Part shown: one piece after another, positions 1 to 13,339 of the stretch | How positions within the stretch are numbered: position 1 is the stretch's first letter | How the letters are laid out: each line of letters begins with the position of its first letter | DNA from: Podarcis liolepis | Taxonomy: Eukaryota | Direction: 5' to 3' (one strand) | Assembly: GCA_965112155.1 (NCBI GenBank) | Contig: OZ218100.1 | Length of the DNA: 64,000 nt | Program-made: the position numbers and the translations under genes | The notes under the pieces: generated by a model | Database searches by the model: none | Told to the model about the DNA's origin: nothing | What the model saw: only the letters and a program-made list of their open reading frames with translations

Positions 1-1284
1 ACAGCATCTCAGGCCCATGTGCTCCCCAATCATGTGCTAATCTGGGGGTTTCGATCCCAGTCTCTTAACACCATAACACCATAGTTCCCTGGTTCCACTG
101 TAATGGGGACTTGCAGATTAATGTTAGTTTACTAGCTACAATTTTAAAGCACGGTCTGATTCCTGGCAAGTTAAACCAACATCAAATGACTGCTCCCCAT
201 TTTGGATGTAACAGAAAACCATACTTTAAAGAGGTCAGGACCGAATGGTCAAAGTCACTGAGCAAGACAGGGAAGCTAAGGGAGGGTACAAGAGTCAACA
301 ATTTTTCCTGGCTTGATCAACTACAGTTTATGAAGCCACAAGTGTTACATGCAGACCAGACCTTGGTGGTTAATCCATCATTCAATTCACATTTACTTTA
401 CATGCAAATAACAGAAGAGGGGTTTCTCAGTGGAAGACAGCATTGTATCCTCCAGCACTACCTCAAAGACGTTGAAATTTTGAAAATTCTAGAATTAAAG
501 TAGCCTTCATCTTGACCACAATCAAGAACACAACAGTTCCATAAAGACTCAAACGTTTTAAATCCAAATTGATAAAACTAACACAGATTCCTAGAAGAAC
601 TATAATATCAGTGTTCCTATTAGTGCTGTGACTGTAATGGAAGGCCAAGGTTTACATTTTCTTATCTATAAAATAAACACAACTATACATATTAAGAACA
701 AAAGCCAGGAAGAGAAGCATCAGATGAAATGTTCCAAGTAATTGGCTGCAGAATAAGAAAAAGGACCTCTGCAGCTCCTGCTTAAAAACTTTACTGGGGA
801 TGCCAAGACTAATTTTAGGATGGGCTATAGTTCCTGCCAAACAATGGCTCAGCATCATTGAAGACTTGGAGAGTAAAACCTTCCCCATATCAGGATGTCT
901 AAAGACCCAGATCCTCTGTAACCTCTATTTATAGGTGTATAAATATCACGCACTGCTGAACTGTCCCTACCCCAAGTTGCATTGCTGCTTTAATTATGGT
1001 TTAATATAATCCCTAAATATGGGGTTCCTCATCCTGCATTCCTGAGGGATGTCAAGATATAACAATCAATTGTGAATTTGGATGTGTTGAACTTGGGACA
1101 ATCAAGAATCTATTTTCTCAAGTGCATTTTGCTTCGCTCTAAGTAAAACTGAGAACTTGATCAGAATTGGCTAGGCCTTGAGAAAAATCATCACACAGTT
1201 TTGCTTAATGTACATGAAAGAAAATATATAAAACAAAAAGAGTCAAGGATAGAATAAAAAGAGTTTTACAGACATACGACTTAC

Positions 1285-1365
1285 CCAATGAACTGGACCC
1301 AGTGGTTTTGACAGTAAAGGTTTTCCTACATGATTTGCAGGAACCTTTGCTAATGTTTCTTTTAA
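1285..1365 (-). CDS. FAM98A: FAM98A coding exon 5 (81 nt)
   Basis: LKETLAKVPANHVGKPLLSKPLGPVHW, acag acceptor and gtaagt donor. Confidence 0.9.
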
Positions 1366-4300
1366 CTGTAATAAAAAAAATACTATGTTAGTATAGAATA
1401 GCACAGTATCGTAATGCTTGCTCTCTTCCCCACCAAACATATGGATTTGGAAGGGGAATTTGAATGCTTCATATATAATAGAAGCTGCACAAAAGAATAC
1501 ATTCCTAAAATTTTCAGATAATTGTGTTGGTTTAAAATAAGAATCTTCTGCAATTCTTTAATAACATCATTATGACATCAGTAAAGTAAACAACCTCTTA
1601 TTAATGTGGGAAGGACAGACAACTTAAAAAAAATTCTCAATTCAAGAATGAAAGCCTTTTAACCATATGTCTCGGTAAAAATAAGTTGCAGTGAGTTCTT
1701 CTGCTCAGGGTTCCAGGTGCTGTATTCCATTCCCACCAGTGAACATTCTTTGCCCACTGAGCATGCTTAATTCTCACTGGCCGGTTGTTTGTTTTGCAAT
1801 GGGGATGTTCTTGGGCCCAACCCTAGCTACATTAAAATTTCTGATCACTCCATTAATATCTATGGGCAGGCCTCACTTCCACATCCCTGGAGACAATTTA
1901 AAATAGCTTCTCAGTGTGAACTGGGAAGTGACCTATTCACACAATGAGATAGTGCTTTATAAACTTTCATTTCTAGCCATCCTATTCCGACAGTTTCCCC
2001 CCCCCCCCCTTAGTCTCTCAATATCCCATGCCACTTAAGAGGATTTGTTCCCCTGCCCCCCCCCAAAAAAACTGGATTTCCCCTCTAAAGAAAGTGAGTA
2101 TCTGCAAACCTTAGCCTAACCCTAAATCTGCTGATACCGTCTTGTGTGCATGGATGGTACATTTTTGGCCACAAGCACAGGAAAACTTGCATTGCTGTTA
2201 GAAATAATGATACTGAAGGACAGGCTTCCATCCAGTAGGTAGTGCCATGACACACACACAAAACCTTTTCACTCTCAAGGGTTAGTTAAAACTGCTGGAG
2301 GTTGTCCTTAAGAATGAGTCTATCCTGTATACTAAGATAATCTTTGGAAGCCCTTTTCCAAGGGTCCCCACTAAATGCAGCAAGGTGGGGGAAATGGAAG
2401 AAAAGGGCCGTCTCAGCGGTGGTGCTACATTAGTGGAAAGCTCTCTCCAAGGTGGCTTGCCTGGTGCCTATTCCAATGTCTTTTCAGCACCGTTCCTTTC
2501 CTGGCCTTTTCACTCCCTAATTTTACCCACTGTATGTTTGATGCTACTTTATCTGCAGTATTTCAAATTCATTGCTTTAAACTATGCATTTTTCGTTGTA
2601 TCTTATTATTTGATTTGTAAGCAGCCCTGAAATATGTTTACTGAAGAGCAGCATATAAATCTATTAAGTAAACATAAAAAGAAAAGCCTAATGAATAAGA
2701 GAGCTTGGATCCCAGGGTTTGCTTACGGTGCTCTATATACGCATTCGAACTTTCCCACCTATCTATTCTTGCCATAGTCCATCATGCTCCCAGAAAAGTC
2801 ACTTGCTTTCTTCAGAATGCCATTCCACTGCAGCAGGATGGCAGCTGTAAATCATGGATTCAAGCCTATGTACCTCAAAACCCTCAGTTCTTACCTTTTT
2901 TTCTATTCCACTGAAGAACTGGAACATAGTTATGTTGGCAGGAGGCTTGGACATGCCCAAAGCAATACATATGCCTTTCAGCTCCTGAAAGACTTCACTA
3001 CCACCCCCCTCCTGGGCTTTTTTGGGAGGAGCATTCACACAGAGCATTCTGGCAGCTTCCAGTTCTGAGATGAGGTATGCTGAAGGAAGAAAAGCTGCAA
3101 TTTAGCACCTTTTAACAAATATCTGCCTTAGTTAGCTGTGAACATAAAAGAAACTATTCTGGATTCCATAACATATTTATGTTAACTGAATGAGAGGTGA
3201 GGTTCAGATAAGCAAGGATTTAAAAAACAGAATACCAAGTGGCAGATCTGCTAAGGGTAACAGTGCTCAAGCAAGGATGGCATGCCTTTGCAGAATGTGA
3301 TTTATTAATTTAGATATTTAGACATTGCTTTTCAAGCAAACCTCACAAAGTTGTTTACATAAGAATATGGTAGAGCATGAGACTTTTAATCTCAGGGTTA
3401 TGGGTTCAAGCCCAACGCTGGGCAAAAGATTCCTGCACTGCAAGGGGTTTGAGTAGATGACTCTTGTGGTCCCTTCCAATTCTATTAACATAAATATCAA
3501 TTAAAACTCTGTACTAAGACAGCACAGACAAAGCACAAATAGGGGTGGGGGAAGCTAGATCTCTTCCAAGAGCAGGATGGTTCTTAAGTAGCTGGGGAGA
3601 GCTGCTATTCCTTCGTGTTTACTACATCACATCTGAATGAGATGTCTTTTCACTTTCAAATGCTGACAAAGTTTGTTCATAACAAGCAAAGAGAAAAATG
3701 CTTGGTTATTCTTGTTTTTACTTGGACAGCTTCCAATATGATACAGACGATATGAATGCAAAGCTTCAACAGATCCGACTACATTCTCTTTCTAAATATC
3801 ACAGTATCATAAGTTCTTAAGAAGGATCAGGGAAAGGACAAGTGTCCTAATTATCTCCACAGTGGCACAAAAAGAAACAAAAAGATTTTCTTATTTTCAA
3901 CTTACTGAGCAGCAGCAGGCAGTTCTTCTGATTGAGAAGGCGCTTGGTGACATCTCCTGATATTAGTGTTGTATATGGGCAGTTCATTTCACCCAGTAAC
4001 CCACTCATTTCAAGCTGGAACTCATCTGCTTCCGTGGGACCTTAAGACACAGATCATTTTCATTTAAGAGGTTCAACTATTAACTCTTTGCCACGAGTTA
4101 AGACAAAGTTACATTATGAAGAGACTGCTTCCATACATGTTATCAAGATTCAAGGCTGAAGATTAAAATAGCCTTTTCTTTTTTAAAAAACCCAAAAAAT
4201 ATGATTAACATTTCAAACAAAATTAAGAACTCAGGTGATACAGAATGGCAAAAATAGTGTCTTCAAATGAACACTTGGGTGGGGGGAAAGCTCACTTGTA

Positions 4301-6811
4301 CAAAATATAGTGAAGACAACTACTAAATTTGATTCCATGGGTATGTAGGCAAAAACAGAATGTGGCATTGGGCACAGTATTCAGCTTCCTGAGAAGTTCA
4401 ACTTGCATGTGAAAAACCTTTCACATCAGATTTGGAAGCATCTATACCAGCACAAGTTTTCAGACTTAATATGAAAGACATAAATAAATAAATCAATGGT
4501 GTCAGACTCATGATTACTCACTGTTAGTCGCTTGCACATTTTCTTCTAGTTTGCAAAATAGCCTTAACTCTGACACTAGCCAAGCACAGAGTTTAGTATA
4601 TTCAGGGGAACTGGCCCCCCCAGAAGCTGCCTGGGTCAGAGCACCGTCTTCTAACAATGGGCCTTTGTAACTGGCAAACAAACAAAAATAAGAACATGTT
4701 ATTAAAAGCCACTGTACAATTTCTGAGGTATGTAATCCATGCATATTTGGTGATAACACCACTAACACTTCAATATATTTATCTGGAACACCAGTGATTT
4801 CAAAGGTACTTCCTTCAAAGTAGCATGCTTTGAATTGAAGTCTATATCCTCATCAGCATCTTTATTTTTTTGCTCACAATTTTCCCTTGTTATAATTATC
4901 TCTCTCATTCCTTCTTCTCCCTAATGTTTGATGCCCTTGCCTCTTTCTCCCTTTGGTCCTTCCTCTACTGCTCCTTGCCCTTGCAAAGTTTAGATTATAA
5001 GCTCCTTGGAGCAAGGAACTGTCCTCTTTTTGTCAGCGGCAGGATTGCATTTAGACTGGAGATGTAAGATACATCTAAACAGCAATAAAAGTATAGTAGT
5101 GAAGATAAGGGGGAAATATACATTCATTTTTGGCTGCACTAGCATGCTACTTCTCCCCACCACCACGTCCCTGAACAACAGAATCAAGGAGAGAATTCAA
5201 AGAACTGATGCAGATGTTTTGGGACAACTGCCCAGCCAGCCATAACAATGCCAAAGAGATAAGCCCCTGTTCTGCTTTAAAAGCAGCTTTTCTCTTTCAA
5301 ACTGGGAACTACTGTACTCACAGTACTACCCCATGCATGCACTTTCAGCACTTCTTTGGATCCCAATCCAGGTCTTTACTGAATAATGCAAGCAAATTTG
5401 TTTTTGAGAACACACATGACAAAATTCCTTACCATTCATAGTGTATTATCTATTACTACTATTTACAGAAAACTCAGAAGATTTGCAACAGTAAGTAAAA
5501 TCCTCTGTTGCAGGCATTTTAAAATTTCCTGCAGCAGGTATTTCTAAATATTTGCTAGCTTATCATCTTTTTTTCCTGAAAAGCCAAACAAATCAAAACA
5601 AAAACTACAGGAATTGTGCCATCTTACAAAAAAGAAGCAGCAGCAGTTAGAGAAATGTTCCAAAAGCAATGAGAACCTTTTGTACAGTATGCTTTTAATT
5701 ATGTGGGTCCAAGAGAGAAATAGCATTACTAGTCCCCACACCACATAAACGGAGCATCACACTTGCCTCATAGAAAAGGCTAAAGCATGAGTAACATTAG
5801 TCTAGGCAGGTTTCCTTGGTACTATGTCTCACTGTGTTCATTTAGGCTTACTTTTACGTATGTGTAGGGCTGCAGCATGAGAAATACTTTGTGCTAAAAG
5901 GGAAGGATGAATGGCAACTGATTCATATTGTAGAATATATTTATAGGGAATAACAGTAAATATTATGGAGAAGGAGCACTGAGGTGGTGGGGGGGGGTGT
6001 CAACATTGTAGAAATTTCTTTGTGGAGGTTTTTTAAATGATGCTGGACTGCCAGATATATTTTTTTTTAAGTCTGCTGAATGAATGTGGCCCTGCCTTCA
6101 TGCACAGCACACGGCAGTAACACCAAATACTCTGTGATCTTGGGATGCCTTGAAAGGTGGTGGAGGCAGACGGTTGATTTGCATTTTCAACCATTTTTAG
6201 TGCTATTAGACAACGCTGTGAGATTCACAAAGCAGTTCATAATTCAGTTGAACGTAAGTTAGTTTCATTTGCAGGTGATATACTTTTGTTCATTTCAGAA
6301 CCTCAGACCAGTATACCCATCTTGATGCAAATGATAAGACGCTTTTGGTAAAATATCAGGTTATTCTGCTAATTGGTCCAAATCAAAACCCTCCTCCAAA
6401 ATAAAGCTCATAGTGGTTTCCAATTCAGTTAATCTCCACAGCTGCTTTATTTCAGAAATAAATCATATGGTTCGAGACTGTTTACTAGGCCAAAGAGAAT
6501 GGATCTTTAAATGCGCAGAATGTTATCTTGTTAAGAAACCGCTATAGATATTGCCTTTTTCTAACACTGAGCGCTAACCTCACCTCCACGCAACTCCCCC
6601 CCTCCAAAAACACTTCAAGAATTAGTGATGATTAGTACTGTAAATGATTGCCCCACAAAACACAGAGCACGGGGGTGAGGACACATAACAAAAAACACAC
6701 ATTTTTTAAAAAAAATCCAAAGTACAAGTTATTTAGACATATTTGCTCTCATACATACCCGAGGTCTTCCAGCGACTCTAGGATGTCATTCTCCATGAGC
6801 TCAAACTCCAT
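1285..6811 (-). CDS. FAM98A: FAM98A (DUF2465 family, tRNA-ligase-complex associated), 5' part: coding exons 1-5; gene continues off the left edge
   Basis: Exons 6811-6759, 4670-4522, 4040-3906, 3079-2895 and 1365-1285 join in frame with GT-AG introns to give MEFELMENDILESLEDLGYKGPLLEDGALTQAASGGASSPEYTKLCAWLVSELR...MLCVNAPPKKAQEGGGSEVFQELKGICIALGMSKPPANITMFQFFSGIEKKLKETLAKVPANHVGKPLL, which I recognise as FAM98A. Confidence 0.93.
2895..3079 (-). CDS. FAM98A: FAM98A coding exon 4 (185 nt)
   Basis: YLISELEAARMLCVNAPPKK...FFSGIEKK, donor gtaaga. Confidence 0.92.
3368..3484 (+). mobile_element. tRNA-Lys-derived SINE with CR1-like 3' tail
   Basis: ggtagagcatgagacttttaatctcagggttatgggttcaagcccaacgctgggc is tRNA-Lys-like; followed by aaaagattcctgc...gtcccttccaattcta. 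Confidence 0.75.
3906..4040 (-). CDS. FAM98A: FAM98A coding exon 3 (135 nt)
   Basis: PTEADEFQLEMSGLLGEMNCPY...KNCLLLL, donor gtaagt. Confidence 0.92.
4522..4670 (-). CDS. FAM98A: FAM98A coding exon 2 (149 nt)
   Basis: ccag|TTACAAAGGC ... AACA|gtgagt; YKGPLLEDG...VQATN. Confidence 0.92.
6140..6390 (+). mobile_element. Ancient L1-like RT fossil in FAM98A intron 1
   Basis: With one frameshift reads SFAGDILLFISEPQTSIPILMQMIRRF-GKISGYSANWSKS, like the L1 (Y/F)ADD...SGYK.NWSKS region. Confidence 0.5.
6759..6811 (-). CDS. FAM98A: FAM98A coding exon 1 (53 nt)
   Basis: ATG at 6811, MEFELMENDILESLEDLG, donor gtatgt. Confidence 0.9.
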
Positions 6812-6849
6812 TTCCGGGGCTTCAGAATGAGCACAAAAGAAAAAGGGGG

Positions 6850-7780
6850 TTGGAAAAACCTAGAACCTGCAATTAACAAACCCAGACTCGGTTAGCAACG
6901 CCTGAGAGAATGCAGCGGTCACCATAATGACTGGCGCAGAGTGGCTTGAATGCCCTGCTCGCCTCACGGTTCGCCTGGGGAGGGGGATATCGAGCTCGCC
7001 CCACACAGACCTGCCCCCCACACCAGGAACAGCCCCACTGAATGCCCGACCACCGACCCCCCCCCTTCCCAGGCGACACTGTCCCAGAGGTGGGCAGGCG
7101 TTCAGGGGCTCCTGCTTCCGTTAAGAACTGGCTCTGGCCTGCCTAGCCCCCACCTCCCCGCCCTACTGAGGGGCGCCGTTCCATCCCGCCCAGCAGCGCC
7201 CCAAACCTCCTACCCCGCAACCTACCTTTCGTGCAGCTGCTCCGCCGCCGACTGCTGGGTTGGCATGTCAGGAGGTGGGGGAAGGGCGAGGAGAGGGGGA
7301 AGGCCCCCTTTGCCTGACCTTTCACCTCACGAGGGGGCCGCCGCCAATCTCGCCTGATTGAAAAAAATGCTCCGCTCTACGCCTTGACAACCCTCCTGTT
7401 CCCTCACACTCTACCTCGAACGGTTCATATTGGTCTAAGAAAGCCTCTCTTTTTATCCCTTATCGCAGGAAGTTATATTTCAGAGCGTCAATAAATATTT
7501 TCTTCAGGCACAACTGTTGGACAGCCCTAAGCGGACTTTCTCGCTTTCCCTTTCCTATCTCTATATAAAGGAACCACGTTGGGGGGAAAAACTCCTGGGC
7601 CTGAAAGGAGGAGGAGTGGACGTTGTGGGAGAAGGGACAAACTACTTCAAGAGACGGGCGTTTCCGCTTTGTGAAACTACACGAACCAGCATGCAATGGT
7701 TCACCTTTCGCTACTATGCTAGCCGTTCAGCTTTTATGGAAGCTGCGCTGAAGGAGCAAATATCGGCGTCCTCCTGAGAA
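6850..7780. promoter_or_regulatory. CpG-rich promoter / 5' region of FAM98A, with a probable upstream exon ending at 7226
   Basis: High GC and CpG content against an AT-rich background, directly upstream of the FAM98A ATG; minus-strand donor AAG|gtaggt at 7225. Confidence 0.65.
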
Positions 7781-10137
7781 ATGGAATCTCTTCTAGTTAT
7801 TGAGGATTGCTGAAGCATGATGAAAATAGTATAGAGTGGCGGCCAACAATAGCTATTGCAAATTACCACTTTCAGCCCCGAAAAGTGGTAATTTTGCAGT
7901 AGCTATTACCACTTTTGCAAACTAAGGAATAAAAGTATGATACAGGGTCTTCTCAGGAGCACAAAAAGTAGATGAGCAGGTAAAACTGTTCCAGGACTGT
8001 ACCACTTCAGATTGCAGGTGTGATAATCAGGAAAGAGAGAGAGACCTTCCCACTGACCTCCCTAGCCCAGTGCTGCTGACATTGCAATGTGTCCACTCAG
8101 AAATAAGCCATGCTGCCTTCTAGCAGTCTTATTCCCAGGTAAGCAAGCATAGGATTCCAGCCTGCCTAAGCCTTCCATTTGTAGCCAGCCAGTCTGTAGG
8201 ATGGTGAAAGAAGAGACGGCAAGGCCCATTTCCATCAGCTGTATTTTATTTTTATTTTGCTAGTCACACATCTTATGAAAACAGGATTGTAATAGAGATT
8301 AAGGAGAACAGATAGCCATTTCTTTAACATGCAAAGAAGTAACCTGTGACTTTTCAGATGTTGGACTCCCATCAGCCCCAGCCAGCTAAGGCAAAGGTCA
8401 GGGATGATGGGAGTCCAAAAACCAGTCTTTGCTCCATGTTAGATTCTATGTGTGAATCCCACCCCCAAAGTAATTCAACCTACCTCAAGGGTTGTTGTGA
8501 GGATAGGTGAAGAACCATGTACTGTACACCACCATGAACTCCTTGGAGCAAAGTCAGGCTATAACTGTAAAATATATCTGCCTTTCATAGTCCAGTAGCA
8601 ATTTCAGTGCTTTATTTCTTAGCACTATTACTCCCTGCCCCCACCATTGATGACCACTTTCTCTCATTCTACCAGCTTCGCCCATCTTCCTCCTGTCATG
8701 GTTTATAAAGTGAGAACTGTCAAATGATAATTGTTTTATGTGAGTTTTTCTAAATAACATAGGCAGAGGTGTATGAATACTTCATTTTGTTTATGGCAAG
8801 AAAACTGTCTCTGCAAGGAAAGATGGGGTTTGCCCAGCAGTGCTTCTTAGTGGATCAAAGGCTTGATCCCTGTAAGAAAGCAGCTACAGCAGAAACGAGG
8901 CAACCCAAAGCTCTCAATGCTACTGTCAAGGATGTTCTTTAGGAAAGGGCAAATCCTATCTAGTTGGGCCCTGAGAGACTAGCTGAAAAGGTGCTTCACG
9001 GTTTATATTTGAAAAGGAACCAGCAAGTTCACAAATGTTCTAAGATAAACTGTAAAATGCCTCTTTGAGCTCAAGCAAAATGTGCTACAAATAATTTACA
9101 TGCTTGAGACACATCTTGGGCGAAAAGATATAGTGGGCAAAGAATAATTTATAGCCCTGAAGAACTGGCCTGCTCCAAAGACTTTATGAAAAATACAAAT
9201 CATTGGGGTGGCAGTGCAGCAAATTTTCTGGAGAATACAGTAAATCTACCACATGGGTAGTATGAGGCTGGACTCACACCAGAGAGACTTAAACAACCAA
9301 GTGATCTAGATATAATTTGGCATTGAACCAGAAGACCTCAGGTTTATATGGCTGCAGTTGGCCATCCCAAAATGCAGAATGATGCCACTTGCAGAGGTAC
9401 TGCCTTGTCATATTTTCAGATTTAGATTTAGATTGTGGAAGATAACTTTATCCAAGATCTGTTAAATCGGCTAGCAGAATCAGAACCTCTTCTTTGGCAT
9501 GTCATTCTGGAGCAAAGAAAGTGCTGGTGTGAGGCTGTTGGAAGGTGACTTTCCCAGCTCTCCAAGAAGACTCTCTTGAGTGACCCTCCTGAATAGGAAA
9601 AAGAATCACAAAAAATAGACATCCTGCTCACAGGAGGTGCTTGTCTGCTTTTTAGACATCCACAACTTTCCACGAACCATTCTTCACCCATTCAGGAGCA
9701 TTTCCCAACTCTCAGAATGTTTTTTGAGGAACTTGGAAAACTGCTGGGAGCAAGAGAGGTTGGGGAAGTCATAACCTAAGAAAAAAGCCCTGCTGGCTCA
9801 GACCAAAGGCCCATGTAATCTAGCATTTTGTGGGCAAGCTTAAACCTGCATGAATATCCCATTTTTAGCTGCATTCATTTCCTGAAACATAATTGTGTTG
9901 TAGGAGATTCATGAGATATACTGCCCCCCTACCCTGGCTGGATCACACCAAAGGCAAGGCCTATCCAGCATTCTGCTTAGTAGCCAGCCTATATGAGAAG
10001 CCCACAAGCAAGGAATGAGCACAACAGCATGCACCCTTCTCTCCTACTCATGCTTCCCGGCGATTCATTTTCAGAAGCATCAGACTAGATACAGTGTCAA
10101 GTCAATTCCATTGTTAAACTGAATGCTGTTTGAAGTA

Positions 10138-10379
10138 CAGTGGTACCTCAGGTTAAGTATTTAATTCGTTCTGGAGGTCCATTCTTAACTTGAAACTGTT
10201 CTTAACCTGAAGTGCCACTTTAGCTAATGGGGCCTCCTGCTGCTGCCACGCCACCGGAGCACGATTTCTGTTCTCATCCTGAAGCCAAATTCTTAACCCG
10301 AGGTACTATTTCTGGGTTAGCAGAGTCTGTAACCTGAAGCGTCTGTAACCTGAAGCTTATGTAACCCGAGGTACCACTG
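10138..10379. mobile_element. Tc1/mariner (Tigger/pogo-like) MITE, family A
   Basis: TA|CAGTGGTACCTC...GAGGTACCACTG|TA terminal inverted repeats and TA TSD. Confidence 0.85.
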
Positions 10380-13339
10380 TACTTCATTTTGTCCTGAATC
10401 TCTCACCATTCAACTTTAATGGTTGATCCCAGAGTCTAGTATTATGGGAGACCTATCCACCTTTTCTACAGCACCATGCATGGCATGCTTTGGCAGCCCC
10501 ATGCTTCCCTGGATCCAAGCATCATTTTTAAAACAACTGCTAGATAGGCTTCATGAAATAGTGACTGGAAGCACTGTATCAATCAGGTCCTGGTTTAACA
10601 TTTGAATTTTTAATCAGTTTTCACACTGAGATAAGGAATAAGACACTTGCTGCTCTGCACTGAAATAAAGTTAATTATGTAGTTCAGGGCTGGGGGAAAA
10701 TTGCTTTCCAGAAGTTGCTGAACCACCACTCCCATAATCTCTTACAAACATTGGCCATGTTGGCCAGGACTGATGTAAGTTGGAGTCCAACATTTGGGGC
10801 TGCAGATACCCCACACTGATGTAGTTACTAAAAAAAGTTGTTGAAATAATGTCATGATGCAAAAAGAAAACCCAGACACCAGAGTAATTTTACAATAAGC
10901 ATTTTAATGTATTTGTTTAAAATACAGTGATTTGACACATTTCAGTGATACCAGAAATTTTATAGTAACAGGTAACTATGGATAATTAACTTTCATTTTT
11001 GTTATCTACCTCTTTTTCTTTTACATTATGAAGCTCACCTGAAATATTCCACTCCAGTATACCTTCAGGACAGGAAGAACTGGGCAAGAAAACTCCCCCC
11101 CAGAAAAAAAGGGGGACACAGTTCATGCAAATAAATACCAACCTTGTTATTGTTAGATCTGTTCAAATATTCTCAGGAAGTATCAGAATTGCTCAAATAA
11201 ACTAGAAATAAATGGTGGTCATCAAGAGTGAACACTGCATATTTATCAAACCATTGCTTTTTGCCCTGTCATTACCGTTGTTTTATTTTGTCTATGCTAG
11301 AGGCTTCTGCTGTGCAACCCTCCCCAAGGCTTCTCTAGAATGGAATGCCAAGGTCTCCTGCAAAAGTACTGGCTGGTCACAACATAAAAATTACTCTGCT
11401 CCCGAGGCCTGAAATGCATACAGGATTGCCCTGTTGCCATACTTTAAAAAACAGCAACTTGGAAGTTACTTAAAATACTTTTCCCCCACCCCACCCCCAT
11501 TCTAATATTGCCAGGTATTTTGGCAACCAGTCTTATTTCTGTTCCACTAACCTATGTTCAGCTGCTGACTTTTCAACTAAATGTTAAAAAAGATTCAGAG
11601 GACTTTCTCCCAGTGTTAAAGCTAAAAAGCTAGAATTAGCATTGTGCTTTGCTCGTTCCGATGGTGTTGGATTTTTTTTGTGCTGGAGTGGAGGAAAAAG
11701 ATAACTTTAATGCATGGAAGCTGCCAGTAGCTTCTCCAGGTATATTATTTTTTAAAAGTTGGAGTGAGGGTGGAGATGCAAAATCCCTATCCATAGAAGA
11801 ATACAAGCCCCGCCCCTAACTTTTAAAAATTGTAAATGTCAAGACACCAGCAGGAGGAAGAATGTGTTGTTCTTTAAGTGCTCTCAAGAGACACTAATCG
11901 GGGTAGTCAATGCAGTGCCCTCCAAATGTTGTTTACAGCTACCATCACTCCTCAGTACAGGCCATGCTGGCTGAGAGCTACAGTTCAAAACACCTGGAAA
12001 GCACTACATTGGACCTCCATGCAGTAACCAACAGGCTCCCCTGCAATTAGGGTAGTGAGGGAGGGGAAGGCACACTAATTCAGCAGCTAACAGGCAAGAT
12101 CCCAGGAACAATTCAACAAGTTGCGAAACATCATCAGGATCTGACGCAAATCACTATGACTGCATATGCACCATACATTTAAAACACACACCTGAAGAAT
12201 CGTAAGAACAGCAGTTTGATAAGAGTGCTGGGAATTGTGGCTCCATGAGGTGCAAACCACAGTTCCCAGGAAGCATGGGTGGGTGGGTGGGTGTGCTCAA
12301 AATAGTTTGTGTACACCACTAAATCACTCTAATGTGATAAACAACCCCTTGTCTAGGAAGACTTAGAATGATATCCAACGTCAGTCATACTCAAGACTCA
12401 CTGGAAAAAATGAATTAACATAGCTTGTTTGCACTTTAACTACCTGTACTTTTTAATCTAAGGACTCAGCTATACAGCTGCAAATAAAACGTAGTGTTTT
12501 AAGTGCAATATACAGTGTTACACTAGATAGCGATAGTGAGCCTTATGCTAAGTTCAATGTATTTTTAAAAATGTTTTTTTTTTTAAAAAAAAAAGCATTT
12601 TCAGAACGATTTTTATATTTGTGTAGATTCCACCTAAGTGCCCTGAAATGTATCCATACCAATATTTATTTGCCCCCAAGTATTTAAAATTTAATTCTCA
12701 AATCTGAGCTTGGTGTTAGTAAAGTGGCCGATGACCACTTAAATCAAATGTAGCAACACACTAAAGCACATGTATTATGCAATCACATTCTATGAGAATC
12801 CTCTTATTCAGATTAGAATAAGAAATGTGCCAGAGAACAATACCCACAATATTCAAGAGGCTACTTATATCCCTCAATGCAACTATGCCATTGTCTCCCC
12901 AACTAACAGGAAGAATCCCAGATCCGTAACAAAAAAGACAACACTGTAGATGCATGCATGTTAATAACCTGAAACAATTCATTCTGAAAACCTAGAACTT
13001 AATTCAGCTTGCATAAACTTTAAACATTAACCTTCACTGAAGTTGCAGAAAACCACCCCAATGATCTTTGTTTACTAAGGTAGCTGGTGACCACAGATAT
13101 ATTTTCTAGTGCTTACAAGAAAATTAAATTGTATTTGACAAGAGAAGTCAACATGTGTCACACCTGTACACAACCAGCTGTCCTGTATACTACACCATTT
13201 CTACCCCTATTTCTAGGACCAGAAAAAAGTTTTTCCTGAAACTTCCAGCATTTGGCTTCATTGGATGGTCAAAATTATAGAATTAATTCTATGATTTTCT
13301 ACATCCTTATCATCACTTCTTGGCTTTTTGGGTAAGATC

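Noticed and set aside
111-503. 130-aa + strand ORF at the window start
   Set aside because: TTG start, no recognisable homology, and antisense within a FAM98A intron
3368-3423. tRNA-Lys gene (also 22221-22280)
   Set aside because: The 5' acceptor stem is missing or degenerate, and both copies continue into the same non-tRNA CR1-like tail, so these are SINE heads
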